From Eledone cirrhosa (taxonomy: Eukaryota): a DNA stretch of 64,000 nt. The notes below the pieces were generated by a model. It had not been told where the DNA came from, did no database searches, and saw only the letters and a list, made by a program, of their open reading frames with translations. Both the position numbers and the translations under genes were made by a program. Position 1 is the stretch's first letter. Every line of letters begins with the position of its first letter. The DNA lies in the NCBI GenBank assembly GCA_964016885.1, contig OZ024742.1, positions 199,888,001-199,952,000 of the forward strand, written 5' to 3'. This document shows positions 37,563 to 52,300 of the stretch, piece by piece.

Positions 37563-37619
37563 TAAAAAAATAATGAATAAAACAATGAAACAGTTCCTTA
37601 TATTAAACAAAAAAAGTTC

Positions 37620-37767
37620 ATTATTTAACGATCGTTTCTAGGATATATATGTGTTAGAATTGGCATGCATATTCAACAGATCTATGTACAAAATTATACA
37701 AAATTATACAAACTATCAAAATTAAATATACATACCAACACATATATATGCCGTCTTCAGAAATAAT
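37620..37767 (-). ncRNA. Hammerhead motif with extended stem II (base of stem II non-canonical)
   Basis: ATTATTT-CTGAAGA-..ATATATATGTGTT/AACACATATATAT..-GAAAC-GATC-GTT-AAATAAT. Confidence 0.6.
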
Positions 37768-37948
37768 TGTTTCTACTTTAGGCACAAGGCCAGCAATTAC
37801 CCAATGCATTACTGGTACTTTATTTTATCGACCCCGTAAGGATGAAAGGCAAAGTCAACCTCGGCGGGATTTGAACTCAGATCGTAAAGGGACGTAACTA
37901 TGCTGGAAAGCATGGCGTCCGACCCTCTACCGATACTGCCAATCCACC
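37768..37948 (-). mobile_element. tRNA-derived SINE with 18-bp TSD
   Basis: GCCGTCTTCAGAAATAAT at 37750-37767 and 37949-37966. Confidence 0.9.
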
Positions 37949-38033
37949 GCCGTCTTCAGAAATAATGATATCCGGATTACATTGAGTTCTTCATACGGAT
38001 TGGACACTACCGTAAACTCTTGGTAGATTTATC

Positions 38034-38717
<684 letters not shown>

Positions 38718-39644
38718 GTGGTTCAGTAGATTTCGTGGTTTACTGAGGAACATACCAAAATGTGTAAACTCGTTCTGGTTTCAACACACAGGCACACACC
38801 CGCGCGCGCGCGCGCCGCGCACGCACACACATGCACACTTCAGTTTTATCATTAGCTAGTTAACAAGGGTGGTGGATTGGCAGTATCGGTAGACATTCCC
38901 CTCTTCGAAAATTGTTGGCCTTGTGCCTAAATCAGAAACAATTATTATCACAATCGGTAGAGCGACGTACAAACCCCGTTGGGATTAACTTTGCCTTTTA
39001 TCCATTCAGAGGTCGAAAAAATAAACTACCAGTTATATGCACGCATGCATGTCCTCGTGCGCTGCAAGCAGTGCTTATCCCGGTTTCATGCCGTACTGAG
39101 AGTACAAGACTCCTCGCTGGATAGGACACCAGTCCATCGCAGAGTTAAACCCACATCTATTACTGGTACACATTTTTGAGCTGAGTTGACTGAAATGAAG
39201 TGTTTTGCTCAGAAATATAAAACGCAACCCATGTGAGTAATCGAACCAACGGTGTTATGATCGTAAGTCCAGCGCCCTTACCACCTGGCCACTTGCCTTC
39301 ACGCCAATTATATACCATCAAGGGGGAAGTGGAGGGGTTGTCGATTATATCGACACCAGTTTTATACTGGGGTAGATTTAATCGACAACCCACCACCTCC
39401 TTCTCAAAACTTCCTGTCCTTGTGTCAATGTTCGATACAATTATTAATCAAGTAACTACTCTATTCTTCAGTTAGTCATATGAACCAGAGTGATATGTAA
39501 TTATCAAAACCCTTCATCACACATTATCTGACCCCAATCACTATACAGTCTCGTTTGTGTTTTCTCTTCGTTTTGATTTTGTGATATTTTGTACCTCATC
39601 TTATCCTTTTCAGTGGCTGAAAAATATTGTGGTGATGATCATAG

Positions 39645-39676
<32 letters not shown>

Positions 39677-39700
39677 TGTATGTATGTATGTATGTATGTA

Positions 39701-40705
39701 TTATCTCTTTCTCTTAATTTCGACTATATTTTTTTGACCGGCCACCTTCCTGGTGGCAAGGTTGTAAAAGAAAAGAAATTGTCATCCCTTGAATCGCAAG
39801 AATGTTTTGCAAATTTTGAAGGTGCCAGCTATCGCAGCCATTTGGAGATTATGAATTAGGGAGCTGCGCTCTTTGTCCGCAAATCCAAGTTCAGTCATAC
39901 TTTGGTCCAAATGGGTTGGTATATAACCCGTAGCTCCAATAATGATGGGTATGAAGCTAAAGGTGTATCTTGGATACTGGATTTGCAAACTCCTCATCAA
40001 TGGTCCGTAGATGTCCTCCTTCTCCTGTATTTTTCTGACAACATTTACATCAAGTGGGCAGCTGATTTCCACAACAGAACAGATTTTCAATGTGTGGTCC
40101 CAAACAACAATATCAGGCCGGTTGTGCTTTAATTTGGTGGCAGTTTTTATTTTCAGGTTCCACCAGTATTCCTTAGTGCCATCTGTCTCAATATATTCTT
40201 CCTCGTTTGTTGTTAATTTTGTTTTCCGAAGTGCGTTCCAGATGGTTCTATCTATTCCATCGTGTCTCATGGGGAGATAGTAGCGAGATGACATTCTTTC
40301 GCAGCTGGCAACAATGTGGCTTACATCCTCGATCTTTGTTTTACATAGCCTACATTTATTGTCAGCTGCTGGCCCTCCCCTTTTGTGCAGCAGATATTTG
40401 GTAGGGAGTTCTTGTTCCTGTATTGCATAGAGATATCCCTCAAGGTGTGATGTCATAAACTTGTCGGAACTCCATGCCAGGCTTTTTGAGTGGTTTATCC
40501 CCTCTATGGTCTGTGTTTTACGTCTCAAGTATCCATGCACAACCTTTTCTGTAAATTGGTCAATTTTTTCATCTTGTTTGAACATTGAATAGGATCTTCC
40601 GATTTCTCTGGGTGAGAGATTTATATCAGGCTTTATTCCATATCTCTCCTCCAGATCAGTGGCTATTCTAATGATATATTTTTTTCATGCTCTTAAACCT
40701 GGGCA
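39701..40705 (-). mobile_element. 5'-truncated CATA-targeted R4/Dong LINE
   Basis: Reverse complement of the last ~1 kb of the array copies; (TATG)n on both sides. Confidence 0.92.
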
Positions 40706-40782
40706 TGTTTGTATGTATGTATGTATGTATGTATGTATGTATGTATGTATGTATGTATGTATGTATGTATGTATGTATGTAT

Positions 40783-41388
40783 GTCAGGTCACCAGTTGGT
40801 GCTACTGGTAACATGTATCCCAGTACAACCTGTCTCATGGTCGGGTCGTTGGCGACTAAACTGGCAACCCCACCAAGGTTTCTTGGTGAGGAGGGTGACT
40901 TTGGACATCCTGCAGGACTAAAAACAAAACCTGTCAAAGGGCAAGGGAGCTCTTAAGAGTCAATAGCCATCCAAAATCACCGGGAGAGATGACCCCTTAG
41001 CCTTTGTCAAGGCAGAATTCTAGGAGAAGGAAAACTCTGATATAACACCTGCAACTCTGATGGTATCCAATGATGTTGACTTGTTCTTCTTTTTGGTAAA
41101 TATCATCTTGGTTAAGAGAGTGGGACTGGCTTTGTGCAGTGCCTTTGCTCACTATAAAAGCTTCACAGCACAGGCATTGCTTTATATCTGGAGATCTCTC
41201 TGCACTTGTCATCACATGGTACCATGGGCCCAGCACTATGTGTCAATAATTGTCACAAGTGTAGTCTTTGTACCAGAGTTTTCAAGTCGCTGGCTGGACT
41301 AAAGTCACATTCGTTCAGCGCATCGGTAGGGGTTCTCCTACATGGATATAAAGTAGTGGCCGTACTCGAAAACGAGTTGGCAGCCACC
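40783..41388 (+). mobile_element. Full-length element A (606 bp) in (ATGT)n
   Basis: Complete GTCAGGTCACCAG...CTCGAAAACGAGTTGGCAGCCACC. Confidence 0.88.
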
Positions 41389-41510
41389 ATGTATGTATGT
41401 ATGTTTGTATGTATGTATGGATGTATGGATGGATGGATCATGTATGTACGCATGTATATATATGTGTGTGTGTATATATATGTATATATTTTTCTGTGTG
41501 TGTGTATATG

Positions 41511-41547
<37 letters not shown>

Positions 41548-41893
41548 TTGTATATATATATATATTATATATATATATATACTGGCATAGAATTATTCAT
41601 ATGTTCACTAGAACATATTGAAATACACATAGAGATAGATCCACATCGGCACATACATGCCCATACACGTATGCCCACAGATTCACATACTAACAAACAC
41701 ACATTATCTTACAAGGCTAACTAATGCTTCACTGCAACATTAGCACCAAACTTGATGAACTTGCACTAATGAATACATGTTAACAATGACAGTATGAGTC
41801 ATTATATAAAATGTTGTCTGAGTCAATCTTGTATTTTATATGTATATATATATATATGAATATGTATGTATGTATCTCTCCCTCTCTCTCACC

Positions 41894-41941
<48 letters not shown>

Positions 41942-42352
41942 AGAGGGAGAGAGAGGGGGGAGAGAAAAAGAGAGAGAGACAGACAGAGAGACAGAGAGAC
42001 AGAGAGAGAGATAATCAGATGTGTGTGTAAATACATGCATAATACATACATACACACACACCCACCCACACACACACACACACACAGACACACACATATA
42101 TATATATATATAGTAATAATAATAAATTTGAAGACTAAAATCCAAAGAGGGCTCGATAAGGATAAATATATATCAAATATATAAGAACCGTAGAGCAAAT
42201 ATTTATTAAAATAACAGGTTAAAGTTTAAGCAAAGAATCGCTGCTTTCACCCTTAACGGGATATTCTGAAACTAACAAAGTCAATCTGTAAACGCAGAAG
42301 TGGATATTTCAAAAAACGTTGCAACCGGAGGAAGACAGGAAGACGATACTTT

Positions 42353-42623
42353 GGTTCGTGGAAACGTTCGCTGGCAAAGAACGGGGAAAAACGAATATAA
42401 TACGTCATTAATTGGAGCGGTGAAAAACAATTACACGCAAAGACAGAACCACGTTTATGGTATAAAAGAAGTCGTAGACTAATGTTTTGTTAGGTGGTTC
42501 ATAGAGACGTTCTCTGGCAATGAACGGAAAAAACGAAGATAATACGTCATATGTGGAGCGTGGAGAACAATTGCACGCAAAGACAAAAACCACGTAAATG
42601 GTATAACTGAAGTCATAGACTAA
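42353..42623. repeat. Diverged two-copy tandem repeat (~140-bp unit)
   Basis: GGTTC..ACGTTC.CTGGCAA.GAACGG..TAATACGTCAT..ACGCAAAGACA..GAAGTC.TAGACTAA occurs twice. Confidence 0.7.
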
Positions 42624-43199
42624 AATCTAACTAGGAGACCGAATGATTCTCCGCTTCAGAGTTAAGAATAAAGTAAATAAAACACAGAGGTAATTGAAAT
42701 TAAATAAATACATACACGCATCCAAATACGTACATACACAAGCATACGCGAAAACACTCGCCATAGCTATACAAATACACGCACATATAAATATATCTGT
42801 GTGTGCGTGTGCGTGTACACACATAATTAAATAAACGTATATGAATAAATAAATACGTATATACCAAGCGCACACACATACCTACATGTAAATACACAAA
42901 TGTTCGGAGACGACGTCAACCAAAACACAAAGTACACATATACACACACCCTAGATACGTACGAACCCGCATACTCACACAGACGCAAAAATCACGTATA
43001 CACATAACCAAAAGCATATGTACCAGAATATATAAAATATACGCCATAACATATACAATCAAATATACGTACGAGAAAGTATACGTACCTTCACAAAACA
43101 TACAGGTAATCTATACTTACCTATGCAAATAAGTAATGGTATAAACATAACATATACTTAGCTACCACATCAAGACGTAAAATATCCGCGTATAGATCG

Positions 43200-43700
43200 T
43201 AATATCCGTTAGGGTATAATGTGGGGCTGTAATACAGGAAAGTGTTGTGCAATTTATGTTTACAAGCCGAAATTGCCTCAGATTTTTTGTTTAAGATGTG
43301 GTCTGTGGCGTAGAGTATTTCCAGGGCTTCAGCGGCGCAGAGGTCACATGGTCTTTTATTTCCGTTATACGATCTAGCCCTAGCTATGATCTCCCCGTGT
43401 AACTTGTATTGGGTGTGGTTGTCTTTTAGATATAAGCTGAAAGTGATGTCATATTCCTTCTTAGAGGGTAACGAAAAGAAAGGGTATGCATGTAAAGACG
43501 CTGCTTGAATCTATTGGCGGTTAACCCTATGTTGGCCCTACGGGACGTGGGTGTTACAACCTTACATTTGTAGATAATGTTACTAGAGAGGCATTTCCCG
43601 GATAGGGGGCAATCAACCCGATTCCTACAATTACAGTTAGTACTAACTACAGGGTTGCACGTGTTCCTACGGCTAGGTAGTTTAGTTAAATGTGAGAGAG
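43200..43700 (-). pseudogene. Penelope-like GIY-YIG endonuclease fragment, second family
   Basis: CNCRNRVDCPLSGKC..NIIYKC...IGLT..FKQR..H..SF, later LNKKSE. Confidence 0.8.
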
Positions 43701-44729
43701 GAGAAGAATGAGAAGAGGAAAGGAGCACCCGCTCTTTGTGCTCCCGAAGAAGAGGGTTGCTCATGTTTTCGGGGGTGTGTGCGACCCATGTCAACGCCCT
43801 CCCTATTGAGGACATCGATTGTTAAATTTAATTTGTTATATGTTTTTTTACACGTCTTTTAAATGTATGTAAACTCCCCCCTTTGTATTTGTCCCAATCT
43901 TTGATGCCCTGGTGGCAAATAAATAGAAATTACTCTATTCATCACTACCAAACTCTCCCCCTCTCTATATCTATCAATACCTATCTCTATCAACCCTCTC
44001 ACTCTATTCAATACCACGAATCTCTCCCCTTTCTATACCTATTTTCACAAGAAAAGACATCTCTCAACCATACAACATTTTCTCCCAATCCCCACTCTAT
44101 ATATCAATTAACACCAAACTCTCCCCTTCTCTATATCTTACTACATGGCACTCTCTTCCAATGCCCCTCTCTATATCAATTAACACCAAACTCTCTCCCT
44201 CTCTATATCTGTATCTATCTCACCCATCTATCTCTACATAACATGTACATAAAATGTAGCGCATATACAAATAGATGTGTGTTTTGTAGTTTAGGGAAAA
44301 AAATATAATTATTAGGGGGCATGCCCCTCTGCCACCCCAGTTCCACCGCCCCTGATATACATACATATATGGAAAAGATGTTACTAATTAAGCTAGTAAT
44401 ACCATTATTCAACTTAGTACTAATAATAAATATTCAACTTACTACTAATAATAAACAAGGAAGAGAGAACCTGTATAATTGACTTGGAGATAACAAAAGC
44501 TGGAAAACTCTGATAACATGACCTGCCAACCTCTGATAATATGACCTGCCAACCTCTAAAATCCTAAACGGGGAATACCATGAAAAAAAAGTTCCCCAAA
44601 GCGGGGAGAAATGAAACAAAATGGGGAGATTTTACATAATGAAAGCTATACCTATTTTCACAAGAAAAGACATCTCTCATCCACCCTAAAGAGGGTAGGA
44701 GGTTTCTCCGTCCGACGGGAAGAGTTGAC

Positions 44730-45132
44730 AGGTCTGGAACAATGTGGAAGTAACTCCCATTGTTTTTGGTGCTCTGGGCAGTATAAGTTACTAAAGTTTT
44801 TAAGTGGATAGAGAAAATTAGAGTTCATTTGAAGATTGAACACCTACAAAAAAGCAGGACTTCTTGGGACTGTTCAGATACTTCGCAAAGTCCTCAGATC
44901 ATGAATGAGACGTACTAATCAGTCCACAGGTTGTGGACTGTTGGTACTTGCTTTCTATCGCCCTAAACTATATACTTCTAGTCGATGATTTCTATCGTTT
45001 GAAGTGATTTTTCCCCAATGCTGTCATTAACAACATTTTGCTGTTCTAACAGCTTCCTTGTGTTGAGTTCTTTTCATTATTCCATGAATTCTAATACACT
45101 CAAGCTTTAAACTCGATATTCGAGACAACTTT

Positions 45133-45179
<47 letters not shown>

Positions 45180-45180
45180 T
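44730..45180 (+). pseudogene. 3' fragment of an older R4/Dong-like element followed by (TAA)n
   Basis: VTPIVFGALG...LLGTVQILRKVL; (TAA)n at ~45135-45177. Confidence 0.6.
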
Positions 45181-46668
45181 GATGATGATGATGATGATGA
45201 TAATTTGCCTCAGTTGTCAGGTTGACACTCGGCATGGTTTGGGAAGGAAACAGAATTTAAAGGAAGTTTCAAATAATAATAATAATAGTCATTGTTAATT
45301 GTATTCATTAATGCAAGTTTAGTGTTCATTTTGGATAGAAATGCTAATTAGCTTTGTGTGTTTGTGTTTGTGTAAAAGTAAAATTATGTTTCTTTTATTG
45401 AAAATCATCAATGAGATATTAGTTTATATATATATTCTGGTCTTAGCACCGAACTTAGCACCACGGACTCTCTTCATCTCCCTCCCTCCATCCCTCACAC
45501 CACCCCTCTCTCTCCCTATATATATATATTAAGTGGTCTAACCAGTTTCAAACTGAATCCAATATACATATACAGATGGAAGTTCAGTAAAATCGAAGTT
45601 TTGGCTATGGCCAAGCTAACGATATACAATCCGGAATGTGCAGCAAAGCAATCGATAAGATTGTACCTTAGAGTATTTACATACGTTAGAAAGCTTGACA
45701 AATTGAAGATTTCGACCGGTGACCCAGCCACATGAACCAAAGCAACGAGAAAACCAACTCAGGATATTATGCAATATCTTCGATAGGTTTCTATGAAACC
45801 GAAATCAACAATTCCCACTTGCGCAGTATGCAAGTTTTTGGTTTTGGATGATCGAACAGTGGATTCACTTTATCAACAGGCTTCCGTTCTGTGCCGCAAG
45901 CGAGTGCGAAACGTAGCAGAAAACTGCTGGCGGTCACGTGGTTTTTTCCAAAGGGAGGTAACTCCCGGTTTTGGCGGTCTGATTCAAATTGTGAACATAG
46001 GAATAATATATATTAGGGTGGTCCTTAGCAATAGATAATTTTCCGAAAGTTAAAATTCTGCTGCCCCAACCCCCTAATCCTATTTCAATCAACGGGGTGT
46101 CCAAAATTTCAGCTCAATCGGACAACTGTTAGGTGACACTCAAACGCCTTGAAGTTAGAACATAGTATACTCAACGATTAATTCTGTTCAAAAGCGATAT
46201 ACTGTTCCCTATCTCGACCATTTTCAAACGCTGACAAGTCATATTATTTCACTGTTTATCACTAACGTATATTTCTCAATATTTTATTTCTCTACACCAC
46301 CATTAGGTGCAGTACAATTCTTTCAACGGACCAACGCAACTCACAACCTCACTCGCTCACGGCTGGTCTTCCTCTCCTTGCTTTCCTTGCTCTCCTTTTC
46401 ACCTTGCTCTCCTTTTATCCTTGTTCTTCTTTCCTCGTTGCTCTCCTTGCTCTCCTTTTCCCCTTACTCTCCTTTCCTCCGTGCTCTCCCTTTCTCCTTG
46501 TATCTATGTACTTGTTTATATACAAATACAATGAGAAAAGGGGAGCAAGGAGAAATATGAAAGCAAGGATAGTAAGGAGAGTATATATATACATATCATA
46601 TATATATATTACTCAATACCGAGTACTAATTTCTCTCAGCTGTCAACCACATACGGATATATGTATAT

Positions 46669-47049
46669 TAGGGTGGCCCTTAGCAATAGGTAATTTTCCG
46701 AAAGTTAAAATTTTGCTGCGAAAAATAGGTGTTTGCCCTATATCTGAGCCCTGTCCCCACCTTTGCAAGCTGCCTTCCCCATTATATTTATTCTCACTTA
46801 TCCTTCTAATAACAAGAATAAGTCTGAACAAGTTTTTAATTTAAGAGAAAATTATATAAGTGATAAAAGATTTTTTATCTGAAAACATGACTTTCCGGGC
46901 GAAAACTTCAAAATTTCACGGTCGATGAGAGTCGCCTTGTAGTTATCCGCTTGAGATAACACTTTGCATAGATTGTTTTTTGTTAATTGAAACAGGATAG
47001 GGTGGTGGGAGCTAAACCTTTAGAAAGTTGAAAAATAAGGGCCACCATA
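46669..47049. mobile_element. Putative MITE / non-autonomous DNA transposon
   Basis: Inverted ends GGTGGCCCTTA / TAAGGGCCACC in TA context; related left end at ~46014-46063. Confidence 0.5.
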
Positions 47050-47058
47050 TATATATAA

Positions 47059-47094
<36 letters not shown>

Positions 47095-47155
47095 CACGAA
47101 CTGGATTAACCACGAACTGGATTACAATAAGCAATTTTCTGCTTCCCTAACTATA

Positions 47156-47208
<53 letters not shown>

Positions 47209-47777
47209 CAAAAGTATATATTGAGTTAAAAACTCAAATTTAATCGGTTTGTAATTCTTAATTTATCCTTTTAATTGAGTCTTGTGAACCATTTTGTCTT
47301 TAGTCAGTATTCGCTTCACCCTGGCGGTTTTTTGTCTCTAGTGATTTGAACGCATATGTGTATAAATCTGTGTTCGTCTCTCTTTATGGTACATAAGCAG
47401 TCCAAGAACTCCAAACAATAGATCTCCGTTTAGACAAAGGAATGAACCTCCCAAAGTGAAAAATCAATGGTGATATAGCAACAATCATAAAAAAAACCTG
47501 GCCTTTATAGACTCAAATAACACAAACAGAAATATTTGTGTTACATGCTCGTGTATTGAACTCGTACTCTGTGGTATCTAACAAGTGCTGTGTAATTATT
47601 TAATTATTTAACGACAGCCAATCATCTTACAATCACATGTTTCAAGTCTGCTCGTGTTTTTTTTTTTTTGCCCATATATTATGCTGCAGTTAAACAGGGG
47701 TACACAATTATATCCAACAGGTTTGAAGTGCAGTCTGACGGTTTGAGGAAAGTTATTATTATTATATGCTCGCTTGA

Positions 47778-48075
47778 GGGCGATGGATTGGCAGTATCGG
47801 TAGAGGGTCGGACGCCATGCTTTGTAGCATAGAGTTACGGCCCTTTATGATCTGAGTTCAAATCCCGCCGAGGTTAACGTTGCCTTTCATCCTTACGGGG
47901 TCGATAAAATAAAGTACCAGTAATGTACTGGGTAATTGCTGGCCTTGTGCCTAAAGTAGAAACAATTATTATATGCTCGCTTAAAGTACCAGTCACGCAC
48001 TGAGGGCGATTTAATCGACTTTCTCCACCCCTACAAATTGCTGGCCTTGTGCTTATATAAGAAACCATTATTATA
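47778..48075 (+). mobile_element. tRNA-derived SINE plus extra SINE tail
   Basis: Family motifs; ATTATTATATGCTCGCTT occurs three times (before, between, after). Confidence 0.8.
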
Positions 48076-48149
48076 TGCTCGCTTGAGTTGAACAGTTCAA
48101 CAGTTCTACAGTTTATTGTAATTCATTGTGTCGAAATAGAAATTTGCAA

Positions 48150-49230
48150 ACTACTGATCATTGTTCAATTACCTACACATACAAGTAAAAAAAAACAAGA
48201 CATGACAAATAACATATATGCAACAGCTACTGTTGTTACAAAAGAAAATGGGTACTCCCTTAGACATGGAAATCAAAGATACAAAAATAGATAGAAAATA
48301 CAAGACCTATTAATCTTAAGGAAAATAGGAAAAAAAACCCAACACAACTAGAAAAAGGAAGAAAATAAAAATAAAGAAGAAATATAACGAAAAAAGGATA
48401 TCATTAAATCTAATGAATGCGTAAACCAACAAATACTTGCAAAGACACAAAGAATCTGGAGATATGAAAAACGCCAACAGTTTCCTTTTAATAAAACCAG
48501 CAATTTCACTCCAAAAGTAAAAGTGAAAGATTTCTGGAGATGGTTATGAGCAGTAGAGGAATCTCGACACACAGAAATAGCAAGAAGAACAAACACAGCT
48601 CTTGTACTGCGATGAGAGGACATCACTGCAGAAGAGTAAAATGTAATCAACTGCAGGGCATATGGATATGACAAAATCCCAAACTTCTGGTTGAAGTATT
48701 TAACAGGGACATATAATGTATTTGCAAAAAAGGTTTAATGAAATGTTGACGGAGCCAAAATTGACACCTGACTAAAGGGAAAACCACCTTCATCCCTAAG
48801 AATAATGATACAGCAAGGCCCCAAAGCTACGGCCCTATAACATGCCTTTCTAAAAGATAAAATACCTTAACTGCAATAATAAGGCGGAAAGTGATGAAGC
48901 AATTGGAAATCAACCTGTTTCCAGAAGATCAGAAAGGATGGTACAAAGGCTCATATGGATGTAAAGACCAATTACTAATAAACAAAGCCACAATAGAAAA
49001 CTACAGGAAATGAAAAGCTCAGAATGGCATGGATTGATTACCAGAAGGCGCTTGGTAGTACTCCCACATATGGATGCTATACACACTAGCTATAAATAAA
49101 GTAGCACCAATAATAAAAATAAACAACAAAAAATACATCCGCCAAACATGCCATGACTAATTGGCAGACTTCTGCACATACAAATGAAAGATGGATTTAT
49201 AAACACTGAGCTAATCTCAATCAGGAAATT
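48150..49230 (+). pseudogene. Degenerate R4/Dong-like RT fragment
   Basis: Relics G.DKIPNFWLK, YGPITCL, GCKDQLLINK, MAWIDYQKA; many stops. Confidence 0.75.
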
Positions 49231-49387
49231 TTGTCTTTAAGTTTGTATAAGTTTGTTGGTCTATATAAATGATTTTTATGTGTATGGTTGGTTCAACTTT
49301 TTAGGTTATTATTTGTTTCTGAAATGCTGTTGTTGAGTTGTATGTAGTTGAGTAGTGTTTTGCTATTTATGTTTATTGTTGTATATT

Positions 49388-52300
49388 GATAATAATAATA
49401 AAACTCCATGACCCAGAAATATCGTGTTGGCGACCGCTGGGTGATATCCTCTTCTCATGAGTAAGACGAGTCCTTTAGTTTTGGGTGACATTTGTTCTAT
49501 AAGTGGTAACTCGAAATAATTACCCCTTGGCGGTTAAGGATAAAAATTCAACAAAATAAATGCAATGTCAAATAATAAAAATTAATACCAGATGGGTCAT
49601 CGCCCGGATCAACAAGGGCTCCGTCTTCTAGAGAGGAGCAAGACTGGTGTCGAAAAGTCAGCTAATCGTTCAAATCGTCCAATAATTTCGAAACTGGAGA
49701 CCTCCCAAAACCGGAATAGTCCCCCCATGCTCACCACCAAAACCTAAAAATAAGGGATAAATGGACAAGGGAAGACAATAAAGAAGTCCTTGAGGTTTTC
49801 TACACCACTATGTACTTTTCATCCAATAGATCGAATACAGAGAAAGAAACATACTGAAAACAGCTTATATTGACTGTAACAAACTGGCTAATATCCGAAG
49901 AAACATCCCTAAAAAGAAGTTGCTAACTGACTTAGAAATTAATCAGATCAGGCAATTAGCACAAAGTCAATGAAGGGAAAATGACATTTGGGTAATTTTA
50001 AACGAAGAAAATTGCAACACATTGGAACCCAGGGTGGGAGTAGAACAACTGACAGCAGAACAAACCAATGAAAGGATCGAAAGAGTGAAATGATCACATG
50101 ATTAAGATGAATCTCAAAATGAAAACAATGAAGAGAATATAAATGACAAAGAAATGAATGCTAATTAACTTAACGATCTGAAGAATGGAATTTTGATTGA
50201 GTGGGTGAAAATAAAGGGAACTGACATGGATGATCGAGATAATCTCCCTAAGATCCAGAACTCCTAATAAAACCAGAGGATAATACGTAAGACTCGCATA
50301 GCCCTCAAAGACATTATCACTATAAATAACCTCAATATCACTGAATTAAATTATCTTTATTATGCATCGACTAAAATCACCACTCATTTATGTGGAGGGA
50401 AAGTGAAAAAGCAGAGGGATGCTTACAAAAACCCTGTTTGGCAAGAGAACATCAATCAGCAAATAAACCTTCTCCGATTTGATGTAGAAAGTTTTAGCAA
50501 ATTACACAATAGATGTTAAACAATATAAACTTAAAACAATTGAAAATATTGAACAACATAAAATCAACAAGTGACATAGATATGATGATAGAAACAATCA
50601 AGCAACAAGTGTCAGCCAAAGCTAATCATGTAAGGCTCTTTGAAAAACGTCCGCCCAAAAAAACGTCCCCCCAAAAAACGTTTCCTAAAAGGAAAATAAT
50701 AAAAAATAATAAAAAACAATCAAAATATGTTTACAGAAAAAATCACCAATCAAGTATAACTCTTAAATCAATACCATTCAAGGAAGAAGTGCTAGAATTC
50801 TGGAGAAATACCTGTGCTGAAGAGAAAGTTCATAATATACATACTTCGTGGACAGAAAGACAAACGACAGATACAACTCACCTTAAATATGGGAAGACAT
50901 AACATATGACCATCTACTTTCAGCTCTTAGAAAATCCAGTAAATGGAAACCTCCAGGGAAAGGCAAAATATCAATTTTGGGGGTACATGCCTTTACAGAG
51001 GATCTCATGAGCCCTTGTTTTAACTCCATAAGGAAGTTGTCAGGGAGCCAGAAAAGATATCATCATGGCTAGTTAACGGCGTCATTTTCTTACTTCCGAA
51101 GAGTGATGAAACAAATAATCAAAAATAAAATTACAGGCCGATAACTGACTTGACCACAATGTATAAAACTTGAACACCAATTCTAACTGAATACACACAT
51201 GATCACCTGATATCAAATGAGTGATTTTCTAATGAGCAGGAATGATGTAAACGTGGTTCATATGGTTGTAAAGACCAGCTTTTGATTACATTGTCATAAC
51301 AGATACAAGAATCTGTCAGTGGATTAGATAGATTACAAGAAAAAATTTGATAGTTTACAACACAGTTGGATTGAAAAGTGTTCAGTGATTTTCAAAATAT
51401 CTCCCATTATCAAGAAGTTCTTACCATTCAGTATGAAATCATGAAAAACAAGACACATTTTGAACAGTAAAAACAAATATCTGGATGCTAGAGAAGTTGA
51501 TATTAATTGTGAACTTTTCAAGAAGACTCTTTAACAGTACTTTTAATTTGTATCACACTTATACACTTAAGTAAAATGTCCAATGAAACTAAACATGGCT
51601 TATGACAAAACTGTAAATCACTTGTTCAGCGTGGATGATCTGAAGCTATTTGCAAAAAATGAGTAATTGCAAGGGCTATCAACTCCTGTAAAGCAGTTCA
51701 GTGATATTAAAATGGAATTTGGACTAGATAAATGCGCCAAAGCCACCTTCATTAGATGAAGCTGCTGGAAATTTCAGACATAGTCTTGGTCAGGGAAAAG
51801 TGATGGGAGAACTTGAACAAGAATAAACATAAATATCTAGGTGTATGTGAAGAAGACGGAATCAAACATTCGACAACGAGGAAAAGTGTAAAGAAGGAAT
51901 GTTACCACAGAGTAAGAAGTTTTAAAATCAGAGTTAAATGCAAGGAATATGATCGATTCCATAAATACACTTACCATTCCAGTAGTAACTTATAGTTTCA
52001 ATGTCATCAACTAGCCAAGTGCAGAGATCCGTAAACTTGATATGACAATTAGAAAACGTTTAACCATGCACAAAATACATCCCCCTAAGGCAGATACAGA
52101 CAGACTATATCTCCCTAGGAAAAAAGGAGGCCAGGGATTACTCCAGTTAAATATCTCATTGAAAACTGCAACAATTGTATTAACTACATATGTAAAAGAA
52201 TCAAATGATTGGGTGGTTAAACTTGTTCTGAAGAATGAAAACAGCAAAGGTTTACTGCTGAAATGTAAAACACAGAAAAATCAAAGCAGGTAAAAGCAAC

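Noticed and set aside
45870-45962. AG...GT-bounded possible exon
   Set aside because: No frame resembles a receptor or other known protein; lies among transposon-like ends.
49400-49530. HDV-like ribozyme at the 5' end of the old R4 copy
   Set aside because: P4-like and P2-like pairings are visible, but there is no room for P3/L3/P1 and no catalytic C.
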